In this document: one piece after another, positions 34,531 to 43,733 of the stretch
Layout: every line of letters starts with the position of its first letter
How positions within the stretch are numbered: position 1 is the first letter of the stretch
Origin: Planctomycetota bacterium
GTDB lineage: Bacteria; Planctomycetota; UBA1135; UBA2386
DNA length: 64,000 nt
Assembly (NCBI GenBank): GCA_002684655.1
Contig: NYVR01000091.1
Span: 1,452-65,451 of the forward strand
Reading direction: 5' to 3'
Notes under the pieces: generated by a model
The model's database searches: none
Told to the model about the DNA's origin: nothing
Seen by the model: only the letters and a program-made list of their open reading frames with translations
Translations under genes and position numbers: made by a program

Positions 34531-34938
34531 TCACCTGTCTCTCCGTCCAGCAGCGCCCTGAGCGCCAGAACCCGGGGGTCTGCTGTCGCGGTCGTAGAGG
34601 GCGCGCTGGCTCTCGTCGAGCACGAATCGGATCCGTTGCTCGGTCTTGCGGTTCGCCTCTAGGCGCGCGCCGCGTAGCGCCAGCGGCATTTGGCTCCATT
34701 TTGCGCCCTTGAGAATCTCCAACTCGCGGCGCTCGCCCTCCTGGAGCACCATCCGCAAACGGTCGTGCTGCAGGCCGGTGAGGCCGTATTTTTCGGCCAA
34801 GTTCTGGGCATAAACGGCCGACCCATCCTCTGTATGGGGCCCAGCGAACACGGCTGGCAGCGCGACGCCGACTACAGCTCCCGCGAGGAAGCTGCACAGC
34901 GCGACAGCCAAGATCCAGAGTCGCACAGTTCTCGACAC
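34531..34938 (-). CDS. Small periplasmic helical protein (Spy/CpxP or heavy-metal-sensor-like)
   Basis: N-terminal TM, YGLT..Q..RL and VLDESQRALY LTxxQ-like repeats; third gene of the ECF cassette. Confidence 0.6.
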   Translation of the reverse strand: MSRTVRLWILAVALCSFLAGAVVGVALPAVFAGPHTEDGSAVYAQNLAEKYGLTGLQHDRLRMVLQEGERRELEILKGAKWSQMPLALRGARLEANRKTEQRIRFVLDESQRALYDRDSRPPGSGAQGAAGRRDR

Positions 34939-34940
34939 GC

Positions 34941-35396
34941 CTACTTGCCGCCTTCAGGCGCCTCCATCGACTCCATCACCAGCTGGTCGAGTCGATCCAT
35001 CTCGCGTTCGATCTCCGCTGGCGCCGCTTCCAGCGTGCCGGCCCGCCCGCTGTAGATCAAGCCGGCGTGCCAAGCGAAGCCCAGACCGAGGACCAACGCG
35101 GCGGCCATCAGCGCGCGCACGCACAGACGCACGGCGTCTGCGGCGACGTCTTGCTGCTCCAACTCATCGCGCCCCGGGAGGCGGCGCGTCGCGTTCAGCA
35201 CCCGGAGGGTGAAGTCCGCAGGCGGCGCCATCGGCTCGTCCTCGGACACCCTGTGCGCGATCTGCTCGAGCTCTGCGACCTCTTTGCGCAGCGCAGGCTC
35301 CCGAAGCAAGCGCGCTGCGAAGTCGGCGGCGGCGGCACCCGACAGCTCACCATCTACGTAGCGCTGGATCATCAATTGGTCCACTGAAGGGTTCAT
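34941..35396 (-). CDS. Transmembrane anti-sigma factor
   Basis: IQRYVDGELS ASD-like N-terminus, PPADFTLRV, one TM; overlaps the ECF sigma stop. Confidence 0.8.
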   Translation of the reverse strand: MNPSVDQLMIQRYVDGELSGAAAADFAARLLREPALRKEVAELEQIAHRVSEDEPMAPPADFTLRVLNATRRLPGRDELEQQDVAADAVRLCVRALMAAALVLGLGFAWHAGLIYSGRAGTLEAAPAEIEREMDRLDQLVMESMEAPEGGK

Positions 35397-36013
35397 CGAC
35401 GACCTCCAGGCGACGCCGCGCCCGGGCTCGGCGCCATGTCAGGGTGCTCGCGCAGCAACGCGTCTCTGAACCGCTTTCGGGCGCGGAACAGCCGCGACTC
35501 GACCGTGCCGAGCTGGATCTCCAAGATCTCGGCGATCTCTGTGTAGGAGAACCCTTCGAACTCTCGCAGGACCAGGATCGTGCGAAACTTCTCAGGGAGC
35601 TGTTGGACGATCTCACGCGTGACCTTGCCTGCCTCCTCTTTCTCAAGGGAGGCCGTCGGGCTCTCGCGGCCCTCGTCACCGCGCTCGAAAATCTCGGTGT
35701 CTTCGACCAGCCGCAAGCGGCGGCTGCTCGCGCGCGAGATGTGATCCGTCGCCGCGTTGACCGTGACCCGGTAGAGCCACGTGAAGAACTGTGAGTCGTG
35801 CTTAAACGTGTGCAGCTTGCGGAACACCTTGAGGAAGACCTCTTGGGCGAGGTCCTCACACTCGACGGCGTCGCGGCAGTAGCGACCCAGCAGCCGAAAC
35901 ACGCGCTCCTTGTAACGCTCTACCAACTGGCCGAACGCCGCTTCGTCGCCGCGGATGACGGCGGCGATCAGGTCTCGGTCAGGGGTCGCGGGACGTTGCT
36001 TCAAAGCGAACAC
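35393..36013 (-). CDS. ECF RNA polymerase sigma factor (RpoE-like)
   Basis: AFGQLVERY, EDLAQEVFLK, FFTWLYRVTVN, LREFEGFSYTEIAEIL..GTVESRLFRAR. Confidence 0.93.
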   Translation of the reverse strand: MFALKQRPATPDRDLIAAVIRGDEAAFGQLVERYKERVFRLLGRYCRDAVECEDLAQEVFLKVFRKLHTFKHDSQFFTWLYRVTVNAATDHISRASSRRLRLVEDTEIFERGDEGRESPTASLEKEEAGKVTREIVQQLPEKFRTILVLREFEGFSYTEIAEILEIQLGTVESRLFRARKRFRDALLREHPDMAPSPGAASPGGRR

Positions 36014-36127
36014 GAGGCCTTGGATGGCACCGGCGGGCCCTTTCTTCCCGCCGGATCGCGATTGGTATCAACCTCGCACGCAAGCGACGGTGGCACCGCT
36101 GCTTGGAGCGTAGAGGTCCCCTCCAGC

Positions 36128-37372
36128 TTACTCTGGACCGCCGTAGAGGTGGCCCATCTTCTCGCGCTTCGTATCCAAGTATTTCTGGTTGTGCTGGTTA
36201 GGCGGAACGACGAGGGGCATCTGCCCTTCGATCTCGAGCCCGTAGCCCTGCAACCCAGCGAGCTTCTTGGGGTTGTTGGTGAGCAACCTCAGGCGGCGCA
36301 GACCGAGGTCGTGGAGGATCTGCGCGCCCGTGCCGAACTCGCGCTCGTCCGGCTGAAAGCCCAGGTGCACGTTCGCCTCCACGGTGTCCATCCCGGCGTC
36401 TTGCAGCGCATAGGCGCGGAGCTTGTTGTCGAGGCCGATGCCGCGCCCTTCCTGGCTGATGTAGAGAACGACCCCTCGCCCCTCCTCCTGGACCCGCTGC
36501 ATCGCGGTGTGCAACTGTGGACCGCAGTCGCAGCGAAGCGAGCCGAAGGCGTCGCCTGTCAGGCACTGCGAGTGCACGCGGACGAGGATCGCCTCGTCTA
36601 TCGGCGGGAAGCGATCGCCCTCGCCGACGCGGTCGATGCCGACCGTCAGCGCCATGTGCGTCCGCTTATCGACGCGGCTGTTGTACGTGTGGCAGTCGAA
36701 GTCTCCCCACTCCGTGGGCATCTTCGCGACGGCGACGCGCTCGATCATGCGCTCGCGTCGCCGCCGATATTCAACGAGGTCCGCGATGCAGCCCATCTTG
36801 AGGCCGCGCTCCGCACAGAAGCTCTCTAGCTCAGGCACACGCGCCATCTCGCCGTCCGGCTTGGTGATCTCGCAAATCACGCCAGCAGGCTGCAAGCCAG
36901 CGAGGCGGCAGAGGTCGACGATGCCTTCGGTCTGTCCCGTCCGCACCAGGGTCCCCCCCTCCTTCGCTCGCAGCGGGAAGATGTGGCCCGGTCGAGCGAG
37001 GTCCGTCGGCTTCGCGTCGGGATTTGCCGCGGCGAGGATCGTGGTCGCCCGGTCCTTGGCGGAGATGCCGGTCGTCACGCCCTCGGCCGCCTCGATCGAG
37101 ACGGTGAACGCCGTGCCGAAACGCGAGCGGTTGTGGGACACCATCATCGGCAGGTCGAGGCGATCGCAGATCTCGTTGTCCAAGGCCAGACAAATCAGCC
37201 CGCACGCCTCGCGGGACATCTGCGCCACGAGCTCCGGCGTCGCGAACTCTGCGGCGAAGCAGAGGTCCCCCTCGTTTTCACGATCGGGGTCGTCGACCAA
37301 CACGATCGGCCGGCCAGCTTTGAGCTCTTCCAGCAGTTCAGGGATAGGAGCGAACGTCTGTGTCACGATCAC
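36128..37372 (-). CDS. ribBA: Bifunctional DHBP synthase / GTP cyclohydrolase II
   Basis: DDPDRENEGD, TAFTVS, RPGHIFP, RVHSQCLTGDAFGSLRCDCG, QEGRGIGL, LTNNPKK. Confidence 0.96.
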   Translation of the reverse strand: MIVTQTFAPIPELLEELKAGRPIVLVDDPDRENEGDLCFAAEFATPELVAQMSREACGLICLALDNEICDRLDLPMMVSHNRSRFGTAFTVSIEAAEGVTTGISAKDRATTILAAANPDAKPTDLARPGHIFPLRAKEGGTLVRTGQTEGIVDLCRLAGLQPAGVICEITKPDGEMARVPELESFCAERGLKMGCIADLVEYRRRRERMIERVAVAKMPTEWGDFDCHTYNSRVDKRTHMALTVGIDRVGEGDRFPPIDEAILVRVHSQCLTGDAFGSLRCDCGPQLHTAMQRVQEEGRGVVLYISQEGRGIGLDNKLRAYALQDAGMDTVEANVHLGFQPDEREFGTGAQILHDLGLRRLRLLTNNPKKLAGLQGYGLEIEGQMPLVVPPNQHNQKYLDTKREKMGHLYGGPE

Positions 37373-37579
37373 AACATAGGCCGCGGACCGCGCTGAGCGT
37401 AGGGGCGAAGATCTACGTTGTGGCCGCGTCCCGTCCGAAGCGCCTACGGAGACGCCATAGCACCGCGCTTATCTCCCCCGCGAGGGGTGCGTCGCGCCAC
37501 GTGGCTGGGTAGCGCGCTGGCCTGATCGACGCGCTGACAGCTTCGCCGAAGGAGCCGCGCCCCGTAGGATCAGGCCCGA

Positions 37580-39598
37580 ATGATCGCCGCAATCGTGCTC
37601 GCAGCCGCGCTGCTCCCGCCGCCTCAAGACCCCCCAACACAAGCGCCGCAACGGCCCGGGGAGCGCGTGGCGTGGCAACGCAGCCTCGCGGACGCGCTGG
37701 CGCTGCAGACCAAGACCGGCCTCCCGCTGATGATCGCCGTCAACATGGACGGCGAGGTCTTCAACGATCGCTTCGCAGCGACCACCTACAAGGACCCTGG
37801 CTTCGTCGCCTCGACGCGCGGCTACATCTGCGTGATCGCCTCGCCAGACCGCCACACCGAGTCCGACTATGACGCGCTGGGTAACCGGATCGAGTGTCCC
37901 CGCTTTGGCGGCTGCACGTGCAGCGAGCACATCAACATCGAGCCCGAGCTGTTCCGCCGTTACTTCGACGGCAAACGCAACGCGCCGCGTCACGTCGGCG
38001 TCAATCCAGCCGGCGAGGTCATGTTCGATCGCTTCCTCGACAGGCGCATGCAGACCGCGATCGACGCCGTCGCCAAAAACCGCGGCGACCGCCCCGCGGC
38101 GCATCTCCAGGCGCCCAAGAGCGTCGAAGAAATGTTCCGCCGCCGCGACGCGATGGCTAGGTCGATCCTGGAGCAGCGCTACCGCGACGCCGACAAGACC
38201 GACAGGCGAAACCTGCTTGAGCGCGCAGCGAAGGCCAAGAACGACCCGGTGGACCTACTACGGATGGGGCTTCGGGATTCGGACGGCGACCTCGTCGGCC
38301 TCGCGGCAACTGCGCTTAGCAAGGTCGGCAACAGCGGCGCGCTCATCGACATCGAGGACGCCCTCGCCAGCGTCGAGGACGCGGGCATCCGGACCCGCTT
38401 GATCCAACAGCTCGGCGCGCTGGGGCGTGAAGACCCCGCCGCTGCGCGGATGGCGCAGCAGTTCTCGCGCGAGGCAGAGATCGCGCCGCCGCCGTGGCGC
38501 AACGATTGGGCGACCAGCGAGCTGCTGCAGGGACGCGCCGGGATCGAGCGCGCGCTAGACCGCATCGAGTCGGCGATCGGCAAAGCTCCCAGCGACGACA
38601 ACCTCCGCTTCGAGCTGGCGATGGCGCAGGCCGCCTTCGCGACCATGCTCATGCAGGAGAACGGCAGCGGCATCGAGTTTTGGCTCGCCGACGCCGACCG
38701 CAACCTAAAGAAGGTCGCGGGGCCCGACCTGCGCTTCGAAGCGCGCGCGCTCACGTCTGTGCTCGCATGGTACATGTCGGACGCAGCGCTGGCGCGGCGC
38801 GCGGCGGAGGAGGCCTTGGCCGCCAAGGCATGCCTGCGACGACCCGACGCGTGGCTGGCGACCAACTTCCTCGACGTGCTCGTGCAGTTGACGGCGCAAG
38901 GCGCGTATTCGCGAGCGCAGGGCGGCGCGCAGGTGAGCCTCGCCGACGAGATCGCCCGCGTGAACATGGCGTTCAAGCTGCTAGAGGCGGCGGGGACAGC
39001 GCGCGAAGGCGGGCTCCTCGCTGGGATCGGGCTCCTCGAATACGCAGGCCTGCGCGCAGAGGCGCGCGCGAGGCTGGAGGCCCTCGCAGCCGACTTCCCG
39101 ACGTCGACGGCTGTGCACGACCGCTGGCGCAACCGGATGTTGATCGACTGGGGCGCTGAGCGCATGCGTCATCGTTACGCGAAGTTCGCGACCGAAGCTG
39201 CGGACAAGGCGACCGCCGAGTGGTTCGCCGGCTACGCGGCGCTGGTCGCTGGCGATCGACACACCTCGGACCAACGTAAGATCGAGGCGGACAACGCCTA
39301 CACCGACGCTATCGAACGATTCGCCCGAAGCGCTGCGTCGAACCCAAACTACGCCGAGTCGTCCAACCACTATGGGGTGTTCGCGCTCGCCGGGCGCGCG
39401 TGGATCCGACACGAACGCGGCGACAGCATGGCGGCGGTCAGCGACCTGCTCAAAGCAGCCGACCTCCGTCCGGATAGCTTAGACCAGGACGACGGCTTGC
39501 AGCGAAAGCCCCGCGGCGTCGCTGTCCGGCTGCATGACGCGCTTCAAAGCGCGGGCGAGGCAGCCCTGGCCGCGAGGCTGCAGCCGATACTCCCGTAG
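37580..39598 (+). CDS. Exported protein: thioredoxin-like N-domain plus HEAT/TPR-like repeats
   Basis: Signal peptide, VAWQRSLADALA..GLPLMIAVN Trx-like start, CPRFGGCTCSEH cluster, helical repeats. Confidence 0.7.
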   Translation: MIAAIVLAAALLPPPQDPPTQAPQRPGERVAWQRSLADALALQTKTGLPLMIAVNMDGEVFNDRFAATTYKDPGFVASTRGYICVIASPDRHTESDYDALGNRIECPRFGGCTCSEHINIEPELFRRYFDGKRNAPRHVGVNPAGEVMFDRFLDRRMQTAIDAVAKNRGDRPAAHLQAPKSVEEMFRRRDAMARSILEQRYRDADKTDRRNLLERAAKAKNDPVDLLRMGLRDSDGDLVGLAATALSKVGNSGALIDIEDALASVEDAGIRTRLIQQLGALGREDPAAARMAQQFSREAEIAPPPWRNDWATSELLQGRAGIERALDRIESAIGKAPSDDNLRFELAMAQAAFATMLMQENGSGIEFWLADADRNLKKVAGPDLRFEARALTSVLAWYMSDAALARRAAEEALAAKACLRRPDAWLATNFLDVLVQLTAQGAYSRAQGGAQVSLADEIARVNMAFKLLEAAGTAREGGLLAGIGLLEYAGLRAEARARLEALAADFPTSTAVHDRWRNRMLIDWGAERMRHRYAKFATEAADKATAEWFAGYAALVAGDRHTSDQRKIEADNAYTDAIERFARSAASNPNYAESSNHYGVFALAGRAWIRHERGDSMAAVSDLLKAADLRPDSLDQDDGLQRKPRGVAVRLHDALQSAGEAALAARLQPILP

Positions 39599-39639
39599 AT
39601 TTTGGTCCCTCTGCCTCCTCACGGACACTCCGAGACCTC

Positions 39640-40377
39640 ATGACGTCACAGCCCCACCCACCAGATCGAAGCCGCCTCGAGCTGCTCTTGGTCAGCAACT
39701 CGACCATGCACGGCGGCGGCTACCTCGAGCACTGCGCCAACGAGATCTCCGACTTCCTCGGCGACATGCGGAGAGTGATGTTCGTGCCTTACGCGCTGGC
39801 TGATCACGACGCATACGAGCGCAAGGCTCGCCCAGCGTTCGAAGCCCTCGGTTACGAGCTCCGATCAGCGCACACCTACGACGACCCGAGGGCCGCGCTA
39901 GACGATCACGACGCCGTCTTCATCGGCGGCGGCAACACGTTCCGCCTGCTCGCTCAGCTTGAGGCGACGGGCCTGCTGGACGCAGTGCGCGCTCGCGCTC
40001 TCGCGGGCATGCCCTACATGGGCAGCAGTGCTGGCACCAACGTCGCCACGCTCTCGATTTGCACGACCAACGACATGCCGATCGTGCAGCCGCGATCTTT
40101 CGACGGGCTGCAGCTCGTCCCTTTCCAGATCAACCCGCACTACCTCGACCCAAACCCCGGCAGCAAACACATGGGCGAGACGCGCGAAGAGCGCATCTTG
40201 CAGTTCCACGAAGAACGCGACAGCCCGGTGCTAGGACTGCGCGAGGGATGCATGCTCCGCGTCCGAGGATCCTCCATGCAGTTGCGCGGGACAACCGCCG
40301 CGCGGCTGATGCGCCGCGACGCAGCTGCAAAGGAGTACACCCCGCCGGCAGATCTATCTTTTCTCTTAGAGACCTGA
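39640..40377 (+). CDS. pepE: Dipeptidase E (peptidase S51)
   Basis: LLVSNST, FIGGGNTFRLL, GSSAG nucleophile, PFQINPHY, GETREERI. Confidence 0.93.
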   Translation: MTSQPHPPDRSRLELLLVSNSTMHGGGYLEHCANEISDFLGDMRRVMFVPYALADHDAYERKARPAFEALGYELRSAHTYDDPRAALDDHDAVFIGGGNTFRLLAQLEATGLLDAVRARALAGMPYMGSSAGTNVATLSICTTNDMPIVQPRSFDGLQLVPFQINPHYLDPNPGSKHMGETREERILQFHEERDSPVLGLREGCMLRVRGSSMQLRGTTAARLMRRDAAAKEYTPPADLSFLLET

Positions 40378-40396
40378 ACGCAGGCTCGTCGAACTC

Positions 40397-42052
40397 ATGG
40401 CACGGACCAACCACTCTCTAGCGCTTGCCGCGGCAACCATCGCCCTCGGCGCTGCAGCCTGCACGACCCAGCCGCAAGCAGCCACCAGTGGGCTTAACAG
40501 CCCCGCCCAAGCCGAGGACCTAATCACAGGCGACATCCTCCGCGCGCACGTCGCCAAGCTCAGCAGCGACGACCTGCAAGGGCGCGGCGTCGGGACCGCC
40601 GGCGACCGCAAGGCGCGGACCTACATCGCCCAACAGCTTCAGCAGGTGGGTTGCGTCCCTGGCGCCGCTGACGGCTCGTGGGAGCAACCTGTACCGATCC
40701 TCGGTATCCAGTCGAAGGTCACGACGCCGCTGCGCGCTGCAGGCAAAAACGGCGAAGCTGCGTTCGAAGCGCCGTTCGACTACACAGCCGTGGCCGGCAG
40801 CCCCGCGCAGCGAGCCGCTTGGGACCGCGCCGAGCTGGTCTTCGTCGGCTACGGCATCGACGCACCCGAACAACAGTGGGACGACTTCGGCGACTTCGAC
40901 GTCACAGGCAAGGTCCTGTTGGTCATGAACAATGACCCAGCCGACGACCCAGCGCGATTCGCCGGCAGCACGCGCCTGTATTACGGGCGTTGGAGCTACA
41001 AGTTCGAAGAAGCGGCGCGGCGTGGCGCTGCAGGATGCATCGTGATCCATACGAACGCCTCGGCGGGCTACCCCTTCCAGGTGATCCAGAGCAGCCACGG
41101 ACGCGAGAACTTTTGGCTGCCGTTCCCAGACGACCGGCCGACGCTCGGTGTCCGCTCGTGGTGCTCAGAGGACGCCGCGAGGAAGCTGTGTGGCCTCGGC
41201 GGGCACGACCTCGACGAGCTTCGGACCCGAGCCGAACAAGGCAACCAACCGCCGGTCTCGCTCGGCGTCAACGTCGACCTCGCGATTGACAACACGCTAC
41301 GCGAAATAGAGTCCGCGAACGTGCTCGGCGTACTGCCTGGCACCGACCCCGAGGTGCGCGACGAGTATGTCGTGCTCACGGCTCACTTCGACCACCTCGG
41401 CGTCGGCAAGCCGCGAAACGGTGACGACATCTACAACGGCGCCGTCGACAACGCGTCAGGGTGCGCTGGCATGCTGGCCCTAGCCCGGGCGGCGGCCACG
41501 CTCCGCGAGCGCCGCCGCAGCATGTTGTTCCTCGCAGTCACGGCAGAAGAGTCCGGCCTGCTCGGGTCGAAGCATTACGCCGAAAACCCGACCGTCGACC
41601 GCGAAAAGCTGATCGCCAACGTCAACGTCGACGGCCTCAACGTCTGGGGCGAGACAAAGGACATCGAGTTCGTCGGATACGGAAAGAACAGCCTGAGCGA
41701 CGTAGCGCGTGAGATCGCCGAGGCGCGCGGGAGGTCGCTCAAGCCAGACAGCCACCCAGACCGCGGCTACTTCTACCGCAGCGACCACTTCAACTTTGCG
41801 CGGATCGGCGTGCCCGCGGCCTACTTCAAGGCCGGTTCTGAGTTCCTCGACCGACCGGCTGGCCGGAAGCGGATGAAGGCCAGCTACACCACAGTGCATT
41901 ACCACCAACCCACGGACGAGTTGGCAAAGTGGTGGAACTTCAAGGGCGCGGTGAGCGACATGCGCGTGCTCTTCCGGCTGCTTGCGCGCACTTCAAACGA
42001 CGACGCGGCGCCGACGTGGACACCAGGCGACGAGTTCGAGAAGCTCCGATGA
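40397..42052 (+). CDS. M28-family metallopeptidase lipoprotein with PA domain
   Basis: Lipobox-like AAAC; AHFDHLG, GAVDNASG, AEESGLLGS, RSDH, YHQPTD. Confidence 0.9.
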   Translation: MARTNHSLALAAATIALGAAACTTQPQAATSGLNSPAQAEDLITGDILRAHVAKLSSDDLQGRGVGTAGDRKARTYIAQQLQQVGCVPGAADGSWEQPVPILGIQSKVTTPLRAAGKNGEAAFEAPFDYTAVAGSPAQRAAWDRAELVFVGYGIDAPEQQWDDFGDFDVTGKVLLVMNNDPADDPARFAGSTRLYYGRWSYKFEEAARRGAAGCIVIHTNASAGYPFQVIQSSHGRENFWLPFPDDRPTLGVRSWCSEDAARKLCGLGGHDLDELRTRAEQGNQPPVSLGVNVDLAIDNTLREIESANVLGVLPGTDPEVRDEYVVLTAHFDHLGVGKPRNGDDIYNGAVDNASGCAGMLALARAAATLRERRRSMLFLAVTAEESGLLGSKHYAENPTVDREKLIANVNVDGLNVWGETKDIEFVGYGKNSLSDVAREIAEARGRSLKPDSHPDRGYFYRSDHFNFARIGVPAAYFKAGSEFLDRPAGRKRMKASYTTVHYHQPTDELAKWWNFKGAVSDMRVLFRLLARTSNDDAAPTWTPGDEFEKLR

Positions 42053-42756
42053 ACACTACGGCGAGACTACCGTCGACGACCCGCCTCGCCGAAGGCGCCG
42101 TCATCGTGCTGAGCATCCTGGTCGCGTTCGGCCTCGACGCCTGGTGGGACTACGCTAAGAAACGGAACGCAGAGGCCGACCACCTGCGCGCGTTGCTGAT
42201 CGACTTCGAACAAACGCGCGCCGGGATGGAGGCCACGATCGCACACGGCGAGCGAATCATCGAACACGCCAAAAATCTCTCTGCGGCCGTCGACGCCGAC
42301 GCAGCGCCGACCGACGCGCGGATGGACGCGATGCTGTTCGAGCTGATGTCGCTGCCGACGTTCGAGCCCGTCGTCGGCGCTTATGAAGAGCTCATCGGCG
42401 CAGGCAACCTGCGCTTGATCACGGACAAGGAGCTCCGCGCGGCGCTCGCCGGATGGGGCGCCAACCTGCGTAGCTACGCGACCCGCGAGCGCTGGGCGAC
42501 CGACCAATGGAACCTCGTCAACGCACCGTTCCTGCTGCAGCAGACGTCGCTGGCGCAGCTGGTTCCGCGAGGCGCGCTCGGCACAACCGTCGACAACCCG
42601 CATCCGCGCAACCACGCAGAGCTCCTGCAGCTGCCCTACTTTCACAACCTGGTGGTGTATCGCTGGATCGCGGCGAAGGACGCCGTCGAGTCTGGCAAGC
42701 AGCTGATGCGCAAGCTGCAGCAAATCGTCGCCCAGATTGAAGGCGCGCTCGGTTGA
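42049..42756 (+). CDS. Hypothetical membrane-anchored helical protein
   Basis: ATG overlaps the M28 stop (ATGA); EGAVIVLSILVAFGLDAWW N-terminal TM. Confidence 0.75.
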   Translation: MNTTARLPSTTRLAEGAVIVLSILVAFGLDAWWDYAKKRNAEADHLRALLIDFEQTRAGMEATIAHGERIIEHAKNLSAAVDADAAPTDARMDAMLFELMSLPTFEPVVGAYEELIGAGNLRLITDKELRAALAGWGANLRSYATRERWATDQWNLVNAPFLLQQTSLAQLVPRGALGTTVDNPHPRNHAELLQLPYFHNLVVYRWIAAKDAVESGKQLMRKLQQIVAQIEGALG

Positions 42757-42774
42757 CCAAGCGGTCCTTGGCGC

Positions 42775-43662
42775 TCAGCGGCGGCGGCGCGGCGCCGCGT
42801 AGGCCTCAAGGTCGGCAGCGACCTTCTGGATCTCTTCCTCGGTGACCTTCTCGCCCTTGGTCCGGCGGAGCATCTCAACGAACCACGCGCACTCCCAGTC
42901 GCTGACCGGACCGCCGACGTTCTTACCGTCGTTCTTGTCGCCGGTTTGCGCGTTGGAGCTGAGCAGCTCTACCCCGTCTGGACCGACGATCACGACCCAA
43001 GGGAGTCCGCCGCTCCGCTCGCCCTTGTAGCGCGCGTTGATCGCTTTTCCGGAGGTGTCCCGATCAACGTCGATCATCAGATCGACCCAACCCTTGCCGT
43101 AGATAGGCGCGGTGACCTGTCGCCCGAGGAACTCCTCGAGCACCTTGCACCAGCCTCACCAAGGGGCGTCGAAGCGGATCAGGATGTTACGGCCGGTCTT
43201 CTTCGCCGTAACCATGGCCGCTGCGAGCTTCGCCGCCGCATCAACAGGCGCGCAAAAGTGCGGCTCGACGGCGGCGAGCAGCTCTGCGCCGCTGAGCTTG
43301 CCGTCGACGAGATATGACGACGCCGCGATGGTCTTCAAGCGCGCACCGCCTGCGTCCTCGACCAGCAGCGCTGGACGCTTAACGGACGGATAGAGTTTGG
43401 CGTCGCCGCTGTAGACCTCGAACTCGTAACGGAACTTGCGAGAGACCGTTCGGTCCCTGCGCAGAAGACCGGCGAGGTCGACCTCAGCTCCCGGCAGCAC
43501 GACCAGGACCCGCTTGTTGTGCACAGCTGCGCGCGCGCGGGCCTTGCGCAGGTCCGCGGGGACGACGGCCTCAACGCCGGCCGCTTCTGTCGCTTGCGCG
43601 GTGGCGAGTCCGCCGAGCGCTAGCGTGATCGCGAGTTTTCGCGCGGTGAGCGTGACATCCAT
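42775..43662 (-). CDS. Exported thioredoxin-fold selenoprotein (UGA at 43156-43158; W-U-G-W-C)
   Basis: ORFs 43156..43662 and 42775..43143 are in the same frame and joined by TGG-TGA-GGC-TGG-TGC, giving RFDAPW-U-GWCKVL at the canonical Trx active site; GLPW cis-Pro loop downstream; signal peptide. Confidence 0.88.
43122..43141 (-). promoter_or_regulatory. Candidate bacterial SECIS element
   Basis: GCUCGAGG-AGUU-CCUCGGGC, an 8-bp stem with a G-containing loop, starting 14 nt after the UGA. Confidence 0.6.
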
Positions 43663-43733
43663 GTCCGTCAGCTTACCTGCTATCGCGCGCTGCCGTCGCG
43701 TCCAAGCTGCCGCATAAGCGGCTTCGGCTCCAC

